Source: Rhodosorus marinus CCMP1338
Taxonomy: Eukaryota; Plantae; Rhodophyta
DNA length: 64,000 bases
Direction: 5' to 3'
Assembly (NCBI GenBank): GCA_029953675.1
Contig: JAMWBK010000005.1
Span: forward strand, 2,914,001 to 2,978,000
Shown: positions 63,678 through 64,000 of the stretch, piece by piece
Numbering within the stretch: the stretch's first letter is position 1
Layout of the letters: each line of letters begins with the position of its first letter
Notes under the pieces: model-generated
Databases searched by the model: none
What the model was told of the DNA's origin: nothing
Seen by the model: only the letters and a program-made list of their open reading frames with translations
Translations under genes and position numbers: made by a program

Positions 63678-64000
63678 TTATAGATTTTTGGAACCCGTAT
63701 TTTTTGCTGATGGAAAGCGGGCAGACCGACTCTCCAGATAAGGTGGTGGGGTGCAACCGGAGCAGGAGAAACCTGACGAAGTCCGGTAATTCTTCGCTTT
63801 TTTAGAGGTTATTCTGAAGCTTGCAGAGCTCGCCCGCCGTGTTCTGGTTTGGACTTGCGTCTTGGACAAGCTTGGAGGCTTCGTGCGCAAAAGACCTGCC
63901 CTGGGCGAACGTTTTCGTTCGTTCTCACATCCGGTTCCCTTTGGACGTTCCCAATCGATACCTCCGAGCATTCTGAACGGGTACTCCAGACTCAGTATAC
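63678..64000 (-). CDS. Possible 3' end of a gene entering from beyond the right edge; product unknown
   Basis: The frame is open from the window end (ILSLEYPFRMLGGIDWERPKG...) to a stop at 63678. No recognisable motif. Confidence 0.3.
   Translation of the reverse strand, partial: ILSLEYPFRMLGGIDWERPKGTGCENERKRSPRAGLLRTKPPSLSKTQVQTRTRRASSASFRITSKKAKNYRTSSGFSCSGCTPPPYLESRSARFPSAKNTGSKNL

Overview
This is a gene-dense eukaryotic nuclear window with short (~70-170 nt) GT-AG introns. It is almost certainly from a red alga or red-lineage alga: it has nucleus-encoded PsaO and Psb31 and plastid transit peptides. I can support about 20 protein-coding genes: a HAD hydrolase, a Wntless/TMEM181-like 7-TM plus class-3 lipase fusion, a bacterial-type radical SAM enzyme, 1R-MYB and GARP transcription factors, an AMSH/STAMBP-like pseudo-deubiquitinase, a beta-propeller surface protein, mitochondrial HSP70, MGMT, a B-box protein, WEE1, an Elongin-B-like protein, a CBM48-TPR protein, Psb31, a SWI3/SMARCC subunit, a BORCS6-like protein, plastid GluRS and PsaO. 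Two decayed, 5'-truncated RLE-type (CRE-like) non-LTR retrotransposon copies lie near the window ends, and their conserved terminal motif recurs alone at 13.1 kb. There are several short tandem duplications. I found no rRNA, tRNA, snRNA or CRISPR array. The most notable items are the Wntless-like/lipase fusion, the intron-bearing radical SAM of probable bacterial origin, the catalytically dead AMSH and the retroelement terminal/target motif. Gene models were spliced by eye and family calls come from recalled motifs, not database searches.
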